Assembly: GCF_018350175.1 (NCBI RefSeq)
Contig: NC_058368.1
Span: forward strand, 930,001-994,000
DNA: 64,000 bases
Reading direction: 5' to 3'
Source of the DNA: Felis catus
Lineage: Eukaryota
In this document: one piece after another, positions 63,201 to 64,000 of the stretch
How the letters are laid out: every line of letters starts with the position of its first letter
Position numbering within the stretch: position 1 is the stretch's first letter
Position numbers and translations under genes: made by a program
Notes under the pieces: generated by a model
What the model was told of the DNA's origin: nothing
What the model saw: the letters and a program-made list of their open reading frames with translations, nothing else
Database searches by the model: none

Positions 63201-64000
63201 TTGTCTTTTCTGCACTCAAAGTGTCCCCCTTAAAATTTCTTGCAGGGGTGGTTTAGTAGTCACATCTTTAGTTTTTGTTTATCTGGGAAACTCTTTATCT
63301 CTCCTTCTAGTTTGAATGACAGCTTTGCTGGATAAAGAATGCTTGGCTTCATATTTTTCCAGTTCAGCATGTTAAATATATCCTACCACACTTTCTGGCC
63401 TGTCAAGTTTCTGTGGACAGGTCTGCTGTGAACATGATCTGTCTTCTCATATAGGTTAAGGACTTTTTTTTCTTTTGTTGCTTTAATAATTCTTTCCTTG
63501 TCTGTGTGTTTTGTGAATTTGACTATGATATGCCTTGGTAATGGTCGATTTTTGTTGTATCTAATGGGAGTTCTCTGTGCTTGTTAGATTTTGATGTCTG
63601 TGTTCTTCCCCAGATTAGGAAAGTTTTCTGCTATAATTTGTTTACATAAACCTTCTGCCCCCTTCTCACCTTCTTCATCTTCTGGGGCTTCTATGATTCA
63701 GATGTTATTCCTTTTTTTTTTTTTAATGTTTATTTATTTATTTTTGAGAGAGAGAGAGAAAGAGAGGACACAAATAGGGGAAGGGCAGAGAGAGGGAGAT
63801 ACTGAATCTGAAGCAGGCTCCAGGCTTTGAGCCATCAGCACAGAGCTCAATGTGGGGCTCAAACCCATCACCTGTGAGGCTCATGACCTGATCTGAAGTT
63901 GGACGCTTAACTGAGCCACGTAGGCACCCCAGATGTTACTCCTTTTTAATAAGTCACTGAGTTCTCTAAGTCTTGTATTGTGATCTTTGGCCTTTGTTTC
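57260..64000 (-). mobile_element. Long carnivore L1 (3' UTR at ~57260 through ORF2 to ORF1 at the window end), interrupted at 58200-59886
   Basis: Successive ORF2 peptides on the minus strand (57634..57891, 59871..60149, 60498..60743, 60958..61431, 62162..62548, 62377..62661); the sequence resumes at 59887 where it broke off at 58199. Confidence 0.9.
58200..59886 (+). mobile_element. 5'-truncated L1 with 3'-transduced unique sequence, nested in the opposite-strand L1
   Basis: ORF2 C-terminus and 3' UTR 58220-59460, (AAAAT)n tail to 59515, unique 59516-59872 with AATAAA at 59852, second poly-A 59873-59885, degenerate 16-bp TSD. Confidence 0.8.

Overview
Mammalian genomic DNA, very probably a felid: it is dense in carnivore tRNA-derived CAN-SINEs (SINEC_Fc-like) and carnivore L1. 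The window holds one complete protein-coding gene on the minus strand, ZMYM5 (MYM-type zinc-finger protein 5). It starts in a CpG island at ~49.7-51.9 kb, has two non-coding 5' exons (~50560-50405, 49336-49268) and six coding exons (40842-40330, 40092-39999, 27649-27364, 26816-26660, 25720-25508, 18871-18119). All exons have GT-AG boundaries with consistent phases and give 2016 nt (671 aa + stop). The rest is mostly transposon debris: L1, SINEC, L2, MIR, Charlie1, MER5A, MER21-like and MLT1 LTRs. Most notable observations: (1) an L1 inserted into another L1 and carrying a ~357-bp 3' transduction, with target-site duplications that decayed by opposite-strand CpG mutation; (2) ZMYM5 intron 3 is visibly decayed ZMYM2-like coding sequence; (3) the last exon is a hAT-transposase-derived TTF zinc finger whose broken frame seems to continue into the 3' UTR; (4) an orphan polyadenylated retrocopy fragment in intron 7; (5) a coding (GAT)14 poly-Asp repeat next to a SUMO-interaction motif; (6) a spliced uORF and G4 motif in the 5' UTR. 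Family assignments and paralogue comparisons come from recalled sequences, not database searches. No prokaryotic features are present.
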